A DNA stretch of 64,000 bases from an uncultured Chloroflexia bacterium. GTDB taxonomy: Bacteria > Chloroflexota > Limnocylindria > Limnocylindrales > CSP1-4. Positions 25,853-39,380 of the stretch are shown here, piece by piece. The position numbers and the translations under genes are program-made. Location of the stretch: contig CAVWZL010000007.1 of NCBI GenBank assembly GCA_963759495.1, positions 170,016 to 234,015 of the forward strand, in the 5' to 3' direction. Position 1 is the first letter of the stretch; each line of letters begins with the position of its first letter. Under the pieces are notes generated by a model that was given only the letters and a program-made list of their open reading frames with translations, did not search any database and had not been told where the DNA came from.

Positions 25853-25936
25853 TGGTGCCGGGAGCGAGATTCGAACTCGCACGCCTCTCGGCGCCGCTGT
25901 TTGAGAGCGGTGTGTCTGCCATTCCACCATCCCGGC
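25853..25936 (-). tRNA. tRNA-Leu (anticodon CAA), class II with long variable arm, CCA encoded
   Basis: The reverse complement reads GCCGGGATGGTGGAATGGCAGACACACCGCTCTCAAACAGCGGCGCCGAGAGGCGTGCGAGTTCGAATCTCGCTCCCGGCACCA. It has a 7-bp acceptor stem, the anticodon loop CT-CAA-AC and the T-loop GTTCGAATC. Confidence 0.95.
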
Positions 25937-25946
25937 CGACGTTCCC

Positions 25947-25952
25947 AGTGTA
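25947..25952 (-). promoter_or_regulatory. -10-like hexamer TACACT about 10 nt upstream of the tRNA-Leu 5' end
   Basis: The minus strand reads caTACACTgggaacgtcgGCCGGG. The context is similar to the uvrA promoter candidate (TATACTGGGACC). Confidence 0.35.
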
Positions 25953-26007
25953 TGGCGTCTCGACGGGGAGAACGGCCAACTCGCTTGCCCAGACGGCGTT
26001 TGACGGT

Positions 26008-26664
26008 CTAGACGCCGACGTCCCGGCGTCGAAATGCCGCCGTCCCGAGTGCGACCAACACGATTGCTGCCACGAGCAGGATCGCCAGGTCGAGCGGCTG
26101 CACCCCGTTGACGAGCGGCCGGCCGCCGGAGTAGTAGCGGAAGGGCGACAGGTTCCGAGACCAGGCCACCACGTCGATCTGGGCTGCGAGCGTGTTGGCG
26201 AAATACGAGACAACCCCAAGCGTCGCCACCACGGCCGTCGCGAGAGCTCGGGATCCAGTCGCGGCGCCCACCGCGAGTGCGGCGGCGCCGAAGAATGTTC
26301 CAAGCCCCGCGAGGTGCAGTGACGCGCCAAGAAGGTTCGCCGGGCCGATCTCGTCGAGCTGCGCGACGCCCGATACGGCAACGAGCGCGGCGAACAGCAC
26401 CAGGCAAACCAGACCGATCGCGACGGCAAGGGCCGCGAAGCGCTCAACTGAAAGCCGCGTACGCGAGATCGGGTGAGCCAGGAGGACGTCGAGGCGACCG
26501 GACTCCTCGTCGCCCGCAATCGCACGCGTTCCCAGCCACGTCGCCATGACGATCGTCAGGATCGGCCCAAGCAGCCCGAACGTCGTGGAGCCGAGATAGC
26601 CAGCTGGGGTCGAGATGGCAGTGAACCCGAGGGCCTCCATGAGCTCGGGCGCGATGTTCTCCAT
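26008..26664 (-). CDS. ABC-2 family transporter permease, apparently lacking its N-terminal TM segment and any adjacent ATPase (possible gene remnant)
   Basis: The 218-aa ORF reads GRLDVLLAHPISRTRL with 5 hydrophobic segments. An in-frame stop lies 15 codons upstream of the Met. No ABC ATPase gene lies next to it. Confidence 0.55.
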   Translation of the reverse strand: MENIAPELMEALGFTAISTPAGYLGSTTFGLLGPILTIVMATWLGTRAIAGDEESGRLDVLLAHPISRTRLSVERFAALAVAIGLVCLVLFAALVAVSGVAQLDEIGPANLLGASLHLAGLGTFFGAAALAVGAATGSRALATAVVATLGVVSYFANTLAAQIDVVAWSRNLSPFRYYSGGRPLVNGVQPLDLAILLVAAIVLVALGTAAFRRRDVGV

Positions 26665-26843
26665 CGCCTCCGAGATTTCTTCTCGAGGGCGACGGGCCGC
26701 AGCGCACGTTCACCATCCGGAAGATGCTCCAGCAATGGGTACCATCACCCACGACACGGCAGCGGCCATCCGGCAGACCGATCGACATGGATCCACGGCA
26801 TCTGAGGGCACTGGCACGATGAGCACCCGTACGGGCCGCCGCA

Positions 26844-27908
26844 ATGGGTGAGCCAGCCGAGCAGACGACCCCCGGGGCAGAGGATCACACGCTCGAATCA
26901 GGCTCGCCGATCGGGCTGCGTGTCGGTCCGCAGCTTCGTTTTGCGATCACAGGGCTTGTTGCGCTGGCCCTCTTCGTCGGCACGTACCTCGTCCTCGTGA
27001 CGACCGAGTCGGGTCAGCGCATCGAGAACCTGGCCCTGCGCGGCTCGGAGCTCCGGGATGGCGCGGATCGGCAGGGCGCCTTGGACGTGCTCTCGTTCGT
27101 CACGCTGGCCTTGTTCGTGCTCGCAGTGACGGCCGTCTTCCTCGCGGGGCTCGTGCTTCGCCGTCCTGGTCTCGGGTCCGTCGCCGCTGCCAGCATGGTG
27201 CTCTCGCTCGCGGCGTCCGAGCTCATCAAGGAGCTCGCCGGACGGCCCGTCCTTGCGCCCGGTCCAGCGTGGATTCTCCGAAACAGCTTTCCGAGTGGGA
27301 CGGCGACCGCCGCGACCTCGATGGCCGTTGCCGTGTTTCTTGTCACCCCGGACCGACTGCGCTGGTTGACGCTACCAGTCGGCGCCCTGTGCGCGGCCCT
27401 CGTCGGGCACGCAGTTCAGGCGAGCGGCTGGCACCGCCTGAGCGACACGCTTGGGGCAACGACGCTTGTCATAGGGGTTGCCGCGTTCGGCGTGGCCCTG
27501 ATGGCGCGAGCAGGGCTGGTCCAGCCCTCGAGCGGCGGTCGCATCGACCGACGAGTTGGCCGCTTGCTCATCCTCAGCTCGGCGGGAACCCTCCTGGTGG
27601 CCATCGCCTTGCTCGCGCTTCCTACTGCCTTCCCGGTGCTTGCGATCCCGGACGGCGCGAGACGCGCCTTCCTCCAGGCGGCGTTCCCCCTGATCGGCGC
27701 TGGGTTGACCGTCTTCTCGCTCACCCTGTTCGGGTTGGTCGTCCAGCCATTCGCCCTGGGGCGGGGCGCGGAGCGGACGGCCGGGCGAGGGCGGACGCTT
27801 CATCGGCCGGGTCCTGCAACGGACGGCCGCATGGACCCGCCCGGACGTGCCGTCGGGAAGGCCCACGACACCTCCACACAACGCGAGGGCGATGGCGTCG
27901 GCACGTAG
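26844..27908 (+). CDS. PAP2-superfamily-like integral membrane protein
   Basis: Intact 354-aa ORF with multiple TM segments. The motif-like strings are KELAGRP, SFPSGT (canonical PSGH) and SGWHRLSD (canonical SRxxxxxHxxxD). Confidence 0.6.
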   Translation: MGEPAEQTTPGAEDHTLESGSPIGLRVGPQLRFAITGLVALALFVGTYLVLVTTESGQRIENLALRGSELRDGADRQGALDVLSFVTLALFVLAVTAVFLAGLVLRRPGLGSVAAASMVLSLAASELIKELAGRPVLAPGPAWILRNSFPSGTATAATSMAVAVFLVTPDRLRWLTLPVGALCAALVGHAVQASGWHRLSDTLGATTLVIGVAAFGVALMARAGLVQPSSGGRIDRRVGRLLILSSAGTLLVAIALLALPTAFPVLAIPDGARRAFLQAAFPLIGAGLTVFSLTLFGLVVQPFALGRGAERTAGRGRTLHRPGPATDGRMDPPGRAVGKAHDTSTQREGDGVGT

Positions 27909-27958
27909 CGCCCTGCACCGGCGGTGTGTCGAAGCCCGCAGGGTTCTCTCTGGCGACC

Positions 27959-28712
27959 TCAGCCGGTCTTCCGGGTTGACGCTTGATCGGCGCCGACGAA
28001 ATGACTGGCCAGGATTGCCGTGAGGTACCCGAACACGCCGAGCCCATACACCGACAGGAGCCAGCCGAAGAGGCGTCCTTCAGGGGTTCGCGGTGCCTCC
28101 ACCGGTCCGGTCGTCATCGTGTTCGCCGTCCACCACAGGGCATCGCCGTAGTTGTCAAAGGGTGTCGCGCTCACGGCCGTCCCGGCCTCGCTCCGACGCC
28201 TCGAAGTACGTCATGGCCGCTGCGCCGACGACGATCACAAGGGCGGTGACCGCAACCAGGTATCCCACGCCGCGCCGTTCGGCCGTTCGCCCAATGGCCG
28301 CGAGGCCGCGGTTGAGGGAGGTGACGACGCGCAGCAATCCGACTGAACGAGCGACACGGGCCGCGCGCAGGAACCGAAACGCCGCCGCAAGCCGAACGAT
28401 TCGGAGTGCGGGCAACGCCAGGGACAGGGCTGTCAGCCAATTGCCCCGAAGGAAGGCGAGCTTCGCCGGTGCGATGAGGAGCCGGGCAAGGAAGTCGAGC
28501 CCGAAGACGATCCAGATGCCCCACACCACGACGTCGAGCGATCGCGGCAAGCCTGCGTTCAGGAGGTCGACCACGAGGAGCGCGATCCAGACAGCCGACA
28601 GGGCCACCATGACCGGTTCGAGGGCTTTCGTGACCCGTTCGAGGAGCGCCCAGCGCTCTTCGCGCAGCGTGGTGTCAAGAGCATCGGGGGGCGGCTGGTC
28701 GTCGATCGTCAT
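27959..28712 (-). CDS. voltage-sensor-containing ion transport (channel) protein, 1 frameshift near 28165
   Basis: The S4-like segment is LRIVRLAAAFRFLRAARVARSVGLLRVV. The pore region GDALWWTANTMTTGPVEAPRTPEGRL is followed by an inner helix. Confidence 0.7.
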
Positions 28713-28815
28713 GTCACCGTCGCTTGCCGTTCATTCGTGCCTGCCGCCGCGACGTGTGCCCATTCACGATGCACTGGGGCGACCGACGACGTCGTCGCTC
28801 CAGCTTCGATGAGGA

Positions 28816-30162
28816 TCATCGTGTCGCGCCGCGGTCGGCAGGACCCTGCCCGCTCGAGCTCTCCTCCGTGACCCACGCGCGGTCGGCCGGATCGGGGAGC
28901 TCGCGTGCGATCGCCTGTTCGAGACGGCCGAGACGATCGAGCAGTGGCCGTCCCCGGTCGCCGGGCGCGATCGAGATGAGGTCGTGCAGCGCGATCGCAA
29001 GACGCCGAGTCACCTGGATGTGCGCAGCGCCATACAGGCGCAGCTCGTCGAATGCCAGTGCCACGTACTGGTCCCAGCTCGGCGTGGGTCGAAGGAGACG
29101 GCTCTCGCCCTCGGAATCGCGTCGAAGCGCGGGCGGGAACGGTCGCCGGATCAATCGCCGCATGAGGTCGTGGAGCTGGTCGATGGCCTGGACGGCTGTC
29201 GTTGGGTCATTCGTCCCCGGCGACAGCGCTCGCGCACCGATGTCCACGAGCTGCCGCAGGCCAAAGGCAAGGTCCTGCTGCATCGTGCGTTCGCGGCCAA
29301 GTGTCAGCGCGGAATGAAGTCGGTCGTCGAGCTCGTCAGACGGTCGATCGGAGTCCCTGGCGGAAGGGTCGAAGAGCCGAAAGACCACAGATCCCTCGGG
29401 GATGAAATCGCCAACCATCGGCACCACCTGGATCACCATGCCGGTGTCGCCGATCACCTCCATGAGCCCGTCGTCGTCGATCCCGATGAGCGTTCCCGAC
29501 CGGTTCGCGTGGATCTCGCCCCGGGCAGGTCCGAGGTCCATCGATCCGGGCTCCGCGCCGCCATCGAGCCCATCCTCGGGATAGAGGCGGTCCAGGGTCT
29601 CGCGCGCCTCCTCGCCGATGCTTGCGATGACGGTGCTTGCGCGGATGGCGTGCGCCATGTGGTCGATGTAGACGACGAAGGCACCGATGCTGGCAACGAG
29701 CAGCGCGAACGCGACCCAGATTGAGACGCCCGGAACGAAACCGGCGTCAGCTTCGGGGGAGCGAACTTCGCGCAGCACGACCAGGGTGAAGAGGAAGGTC
29801 GCAACAAAGAGTCCGAGGACCACCTGGTTCTGCCGATCCCGCAGGAAGGTGCGCATGACGCGGGGGGATAGCTGGTTGGCGGCCAGCTGCAGAACCAGCA
29901 TCGTGATGGTGAACACGAGGCCGGTGAACGTCAGCATCGACTGTGCCACCGTCGAGAGCACGCTCCGCGCACCTTCCGCCGTGCCGCCGAAACGAAAGAA
30001 TTCCAGCCCCTCCTCGGCGAGCCGGCGATCGAGCGCGAGCAGCAGCAGGGCACCAGCCGCGGCGGCAAACCCGAACACGGCGGGGACGAACCAGAGACTC
30101 AGCCGGAGGCGCTCCCGGAGCGCGTCGAGTCGGTGCACAGGCTTACGACCCGGTCCAGGCAC
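28816..30162 (-). CDS. DUF2254-family membrane protein
   Basis: Intact 448-aa ORF with an N-terminal TM bundle containing LQLAANQLSPRVMRTFLRDRQNQVVLG, followed by a soluble C-terminal domain. The family assignment is from memory. Confidence 0.7.
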   Translation of the reverse strand: MPGPGRKPVHRLDALRERLRLSLWFVPAVFGFAAAAGALLLLALDRRLAEEGLEFFRFGGTAEGARSVLSTVAQSMLTFTGLVFTITMLVLQLAANQLSPRVMRTFLRDRQNQVVLGLFVATFLFTLVVLREVRSPEADAGFVPGVSIWVAFALLVASIGAFVVYIDHMAHAIRASTVIASIGEEARETLDRLYPEDGLDGGAEPGSMDLGPARGEIHANRSGTLIGIDDDGLMEVIGDTGMVIQVVPMVGDFIPEGSVVFRLFDPSARDSDRPSDELDDRLHSALTLGRERTMQQDLAFGLRQLVDIGARALSPGTNDPTTAVQAIDQLHDLMRRLIRRPFPPALRRDSEGESRLLRPTPSWDQYVALAFDELRLYGAAHIQVTRRLAIALHDLISIAPGDRGRPLLDRLGRLEQAIARELPDPADRAWVTEESSSGQGPADRGATR

Positions 30163-30492
30163 GGCGTGCGCCGCCAGTCGACGGCACGTCGCCCGCGATC
30201 ACGTCCACGCCGGCCAGTTTGACTGCTGCACCAGCGGATCGATCACAGAATGATCCATGCACACACCATGCAAGGGGACTCGTCCAGAAGCCCCCGTCGG
30301 GGTGCCCTGTTGGCTTGCGCGACGCGTTGCGGTTGGTGGCGCGCGGCGCGGTGCGAACGTCCCTCACGGGCAACAGTCCCGATGTCACCAGTCGAAGACG
30401 ATTCGGGCCTCACGTCCATGACGAAACCTCCATTGCCGTCCGCCCGCCTCGTCACCTGTGCCGCAAGCGGGCAGCAGCTGACGAGCACGAGG

Positions 30493-31032
30493 CTACGTCG
30501 GGTCCTCAACCTGTTGGTTGAAGCGGAAGCGTGTCGGGTCTCTGGCGAACTCGCGCCACGCAACGATGACCCGAGGCCGGACGGCGAACGAGCCCGGGAC
30601 GAGAAAGTCCGTGGCCTTGGGCCGTCCGTACGGGAACCGCTCGTGCAGTCGATCAGCGAGACGTTCGGCCGGCTCACCCGTGATGCCGCCGCCCTTCGGC
30701 TCTGCGCGGCCGTGCACGATCACGATCCCGTCCGTGCTGTCGAGGTGCAGGGCGACCTGCGGGTTCGCGATGAGGTCCCGGACCCAGCGTGTCTCCGAAC
30801 TGCCGCCCAGGTAGACCGCGCCGTCGAACCAGGTGCCGTCGACCGGTCGAACGCGCGGCACGCCTCCCGGACCGGACGTCGCGATCCAGAACAGCGTTGC
30901 CCCCTCGAGCTGGGCAAGGACCGTCGACCAGGGCAGCAGACTCCCGGCATCCGAGGCGACGCCGTACTCCTTCGGGATGGCGGGCCGGTCGACCCGAGGC
31001 TCGAGCGGGTCCGTGCGCTGGTCGTCTGTCAC
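30493..31032 (-). CDS. pyridoxamine 5'-phosphate oxidase-like (split-barrel flavin/deazaflavin-binding) family protein
   Basis: Intact 179-aa ORF reading ATLFWIATSGPGGVPRVRPVDGTWFDGAVYLGGSSETRWVRDLIANPQVALHL. Confidence 0.7.
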   Translation of the reverse strand: MTDDQRTDPLEPRVDRPAIPKEYGVASDAGSLLPWSTVLAQLEGATLFWIATSGPGGVPRVRPVDGTWFDGAVYLGGSSETRWVRDLIANPQVALHLDSTDGIVIVHGRAEPKGGGITGEPAERLADRLHERFPYGRPKATDFLVPGSFAVRPRVIVAWREFARDPTRFRFNQQVEDPT

Positions 31033-31038
31033 GCCCCG

Positions 31039-31067
31039 ACTCTGTCCCGCCCCGGGAACGGTGTCAA
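31039..31067 (-). promoter_or_regulatory. sigma-70-type promoter for the PPOX-like gene: TTGACA-17 nt-CAGAGT-6 nt-GTG (leaderless)
   Basis: The minus strand reads TTGACAccgttcccggggcgggaCAGAGTcggggcGTG. The -35 is at 31062-31067, the -10 at 31039-31044 and the start codon at 31030-31032. Confidence 0.5.
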
Positions 31068-31085
31068 TCGAATTGAGCCGGTGAT

Positions 31086-31112
31086 GGAACCGCTCGAGCC
31101 ATGACCGCGTCT
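31086..31112 (+). promoter_or_regulatory. candidate ECF-type autoregulatory promoter GGAACC-N16-GCGTCT upstream of the sigma factor gene
   Basis: GGAAC at 31086-31090 is followed 16 nt later by CGTC (31108-31111). This matches the general GGAAC-N16/17-CGT pattern of ECF promoters. Confidence 0.35.
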
Positions 31113-31193
31113 GCCCGGCGACCGATGCTAGACTCGCCCCGCCTCAGAATTGCCGTCCGGAGAGACCCCCTGCCTGTGGCAGACCTTCGCGCG

Positions 31194-31784
31194 ATGACGG
31201 TCCCCGACGACCCCATCCAGCGCCGTGACCTCATCCTGCTCGAGCGCGCCAGGGACGGCGACCTCGACGCGTTCAACGATCTCGTCGTGCTGTACCAGGA
31301 CCAGCTCTACGCGCTCGTCGTTCGGATGGTGCCGGACCGCGACCAGGCGGCCGATGCGGTCCAGGAAGGCTTCTTCTCCGCGTTCCGGAACCTGCACACG
31401 TTCCGCGGCGGGAGCGTCAAGGCGTGGCTCAATCGGATCTGCGTCAACGCGGCCATGGACACCCAGCGCGCGCGCAAGCGCCGGCCCGTCCAGCCCTATC
31501 CCGAGCTCGATGACGACAGCTGGCAGCCGCCCGCCGGCGTCGATGCCGACCCGGAGCGGACCGCCGTCCTTGCCGAGCGAACGCGCGCGCTGTCGGCGGC
31601 GCTCGCCTCGATCACCGAGGACCAGCGCACGGCGATCGTCCTCTACGACATCGAGGGGTATGACTACGCCGAGATCGCGGAGATGACCGGCGTCTCGCTC
31701 GGCACCGTGAAATCGCGGATCCACCGCGGTCGCCTCGCGCTCCGGGACCGGCTCGAAGGGCGCATGGAGCTCTTCCGTGGGTGA
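31194..31784 (+). CDS. ECF (extracytoplasmic function) sigma-70 family RNA polymerase sigma factor
   Basis: Region 2 reads DAFNDLVVLYQDQLYALVVRMV...DAVQEGFFSAFRNLHTFRG. The region 4 HTH reads YDYAEIAEMTGVSLGTVKSRIHRGR. ATG 31194 is preferred over the track start 31101, which lies inside the promoter candidate. Confidence 0.85.
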   Translation: MTVPDDPIQRRDLILLERARDGDLDAFNDLVVLYQDQLYALVVRMVPDRDQAADAVQEGFFSAFRNLHTFRGGSVKAWLNRICVNAAMDTQRARKRRPVQPYPELDDDSWQPPAGVDADPERTAVLAERTRALSAALASITEDQRTAIVLYDIEGYDYAEIAEMTGVSLGTVKSRIHRGRLALRDRLEGRMELFRG

Positions 31785-32439
31785 TCCCCGGGCCGCCGCC
31801 CATGCGGCCCACGACCTCCTCCTCGTCGCCGCGCTCGCCGATCGCGAGCTGACCGGCACCGAGCACGACCGTGCCCGGGCGCAGGTCGATGCCTGTACCG
31901 AGTGCGCCTCCCTCCACACCGACCTGGTCAGCCTGGCTCGGGCCACGCAGGTCCTGCCGGCCGTGGCCCGGCCGCGCGACTTCACCCTCCGACCCGAGGA
32001 CGCGCAGCGTCTCCGACCCAACCTCGTCCGCCGCATCTTTGGCTCATTCGGCACTGCACGGGACGGCTTCAGCCGGCCCCTCGCCATGGGCTTCACGACC
32101 CTGGGGTTGGCGGCGATCCTGGTCGGGTTCGCACCCTGGGCAGCGGTGCCGGGCGGCAGCGCGACGGGTGGCGCGGCCGAGGACAGCGGCACCACGCTCT
32201 CGGCTCCCGCGGCGAGCGGACTCATCCAGATGTCGAGCGAATTGATCACGCCGGAGGTGGGCCAGGACCCGGCGCCCATTTCCGACGCCAAGCGGGCGTT
32301 CTCCTCCGACGCCGGGTTCGCAACCCCGCCGATTGCGCTGCTCGGCGTCTTCCTGCTGGCCGCCGGGCTCACACTCGGCGCCGCACGACTCGCGGTCGGA
32401 CGCAGGCGAGGGAACCATCCCGGTAGCCGCCCCGTCTGA
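31777..32439 (+). CDS. anti-sigma factor, copy 1 (zf-HC2-like N-terminus, single C-terminal TM)
   Basis: GTG 31777 overlaps the sigma factor stop codon (TGA 31782-31784) by 8 nt. The peptide contains DRARAQVDACTECASLHTDL and the TM segment PPIALLGVFLLAAGLTLGAA. Confidence 0.7.
   Translation: MGDPRAAAHAAHDLLLVAALADRELTGTEHDRARAQVDACTECASLHTDLVSLARATQVLPAVARPRDFTLRPEDAQRLRPNLVRRIFGSFGTARDGFSRPLAMGFTTLGLAAILVGFAPWAAVPGGSATGGAAEDSGTTLSAPAASGLIQMSSELITPEVGQDPAPISDAKRAFSSDAGFATPPIALLGVFLLAAGLTLGAARLAVGRRRGNHPGSRPV
31791..32111 (+). repeat. direct repeat copy A (321 bp, identical to 32465-32785)
   Basis: Base-by-base comparison of the two stretches found no mismatch. The offset between copies is 674 bp. 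Confidence 0.9.
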
Positions 32440-32447
32440 CGGGCACA

Positions 32448-33195
32448 ATGTCGAACAACGCTCCGGCCGCCGCCCATGCGGCCCACGACCTCCTCCTCGT
32501 CGCCGCGCTCGCCGATCGCGAGCTGACCGGCACCGAGCACGACCGTGCCCGGGCGCAGGTCGATGCCTGTACCGAGTGCGCCTCCCTCCACACCGACCTG
32601 GTCAGCCTGGCTCGGGCCACGCAGGTCCTGCCGGCCGTGGCCCGGCCGCGCGACTTCACCCTCCGACCCGAGGACGCGCAGCGTCTCCGACCCAACCTCG
32701 TCCGCCGCATCTTTGGCTCATTCGGCACTGCACGGGACGGCTTCAGCCGGCCCCTCGCCATGGGCTTCACGACCCTGGGGTTGGCCGGCCTGCTCGTCGG
32801 CGCGATCCCGGGCGCCCTGCCGATGGCGAGCTCAGGAGCCGGCGCCGACACGATGCAGCGCCTCGAGGTCATGAGCGCGGCCCCGGCGGCAAGCGGCGAT
32901 CTCTACGAGCGCGCCAACGGCGCAGCCGGCCAGACGCCCGCGCCACAGTTCGCCAACCCCGCTCCTGCGACCGGTGCACCCGACGCCACCTCCGCGAGTG
33001 GACTTGCCGGTGGGCAGCTCGAGGCCGAGAACGGCGAAGCCGACGCTGCCCAATGAGCCCGGCGAGAACCCGGCCGTTGCCCTCGCTCCCGACCCGACCG
33101 GCCTGTCGCTGCCGATCGTGCTGTCGGGCACGCTCCTGATCATCGGGCTCGGCTTGTTCGCGATGCGCTGGAGCGCCCGCCGCTTCGGCGGCTGA
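32448..33195 (+). CDS. anti-sigma factor, copy 2 (1 frameshift near 33050; C-terminal TM in another frame)
   Basis: The N-terminal 107 aa are identical to copy 1. The extracytoplasmic part has diverged. The TM segment LSLPIVLSGTLLIIGLGLFAM is found in ORF 32974-33195. Confidence 0.65.
32465..32785 (+). repeat. direct repeat copy B (321 bp, identical to 31791-32111)
   Basis: Evidence as for copy A. Confidence 0.9.
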
Positions 33196-33244
33196 CACTC
33201 GCTTCGAGGACCTCGCCATCCGGCCCCGGGGAGCACCGCGCCGG

Positions 33245-33250
33245 TACACT
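33245..33250 (+). promoter_or_regulatory. -10-like hexamer TACACT, 7 nt upstream of the polA ATG
   Basis: The sequence reads ggTACACTtgacgcgATG. Confidence 0.4.
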
Positions 33251-33257
33251 TGACGCG

Positions 33258-36128
<2,871 letters not shown>

Positions 36129-36223
36129 CGCCCCTGACCCGGGCCGACGCGATCGCCGCCGAGGCGGACGAGCTGCCGCTCGAGGCGCCGGTCGCGCCGC
36201 TCGCCGGCTACCGCGGTCCCTGC

Positions 36224-37169
36224 ATGCCCGAGCTGCCCGAGGTCGAGACCGTCGCGCGCGACCTGCGCCCGCGGCTGGTCGGCGCCACGATCGTGGGTGC
36301 CCGCATCGTCGTGGGCGCGGACGCTGCGCACGCACGACCCGAGCGCGTTCGCCGAAGCCGTCGCCGGGCGACGTCGTGGAGGCCGTGGGCCGTCGCGCGA
36401 AGCTGCTCGTCGTGGAGCTGTCGGACGGTGCTGGCGCTCACGATCCACCTGAAGATGACCGGCCAGCTGTTCGTCGTGCCGGCCGAACGCCGGAGGATCC
36501 GTACGTCCGCCTCGTGCTCGAGCTCGAGGACGGCCGCGAGCTCCGGTTCCGCGACATCCGCAAGTTCGGGCGGGTGGGCCTGTACGGACGCGATCCCGCC
36601 ACCGGCGAGCTGTCGACGGAGCGTGGGCGGTGCGGCGGTCTTCGCCGGCATCGGACCCGAGCCGCTCGAAGACGACCTTCACCGCTGCGGGAGTTCCGGC
36701 GACGGCTTCGGGCGGCGCAAGGGCCGGCTCAAGCCGCTCCTGCTCGACCAGTCGTTCCTGGCCGGGGTCGGCAACATCTACGCCGACGAGGCGCTGTGGC
36801 GCGCGCGACTCCATCCGCTGCGGATCGGCGGCGACGCTGCGGCCGCCCGACGAGCGCCGGCTGTACGAGGCGATCCGGAGCGTCCTGGCCGAGGCGGTCG
36901 AGCGGCGCGGCTCGTCCGATCGACGACTACACGGCGCCCGACGGCGACGGCTCGATGCAGGAGCGGCTGCAGGTCTACCAGCGGACCGGCGAGCCGTGCG
37001 CGCGCTGCGGTCGCGGCCGATCCGGCGGATCGTCGTCGGGGCGCGCTCGACGCACTTCTGCTCGTGGTGCCAGCGGCTGCCGGCGGCGGACCGGCAGGCG
37101 CCCGCGGCGATCCTTCGCACGCTGCACGGGCGGTGCTGTGCGGCGCCGGCGGCCGCTGGACCGAGCTAG
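36224..37169 (+). CDS. mutM: formamidopyrimidine-DNA glycosylase (Fpg/MutM), frameshifted; C-terminal end uncertain (possibly extends toward 37311)
   Basis: The catalytic N-terminus reads [14 protein letters not shown]. Other fragments are [38 protein letters not shown] and the zinc finger [12 protein letters not shown]...THFCSWCQ. Confidence 0.85.
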
Positions 37170-37310
37170 CCGCCGAAGGGGCGCTGGGACTGACCCCGGA
37201 GGAGACCGGCGCGCGGCGGCGGCACAGGCCCGGTCCGAGCGGACGAAGCGTGCCGCGGCGACCCGGCGGGCAGCGGCGCGAGCGGCCAGCGTCGGCGGGG
37301 CGCGGCCTGA

Positions 37311-39376
<2,066 letters not shown>

Positions 39377-39380
<4 letters not shown>

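Noticed and set aside
24032-31032. Prophage or integrative element inserted at tRNA-Leu.
   Set aside because: No integrase, recombinase, phage structural gene or att-like duplicate of the tRNA 3' end was found by inspection. It is retained only as a weak accessory-region hypothesis in the findings.
31101-31193. ATG 31101 (the track start) as the start of the ECF sigma factor.
   Set aside because: The extra 31 codons are Arg/Pro-rich, precede conserved region 2 by an unusual distance, and overlap the candidate GGAAC-N16-CGTC promoter. ATG 31194 gives a typical ECF length.
31777-33195. The 674-bp-period repeat as a CRISPR array, or as a diversity-generating retroelement template/variable repeat pair.
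   Set aside because: There are only two copies. Each is 321 bp long and protein-coding (anti-sigma N-termini). No cas genes or reverse transcriptase lie nearby. The copies are identical rather than differing at adenines.
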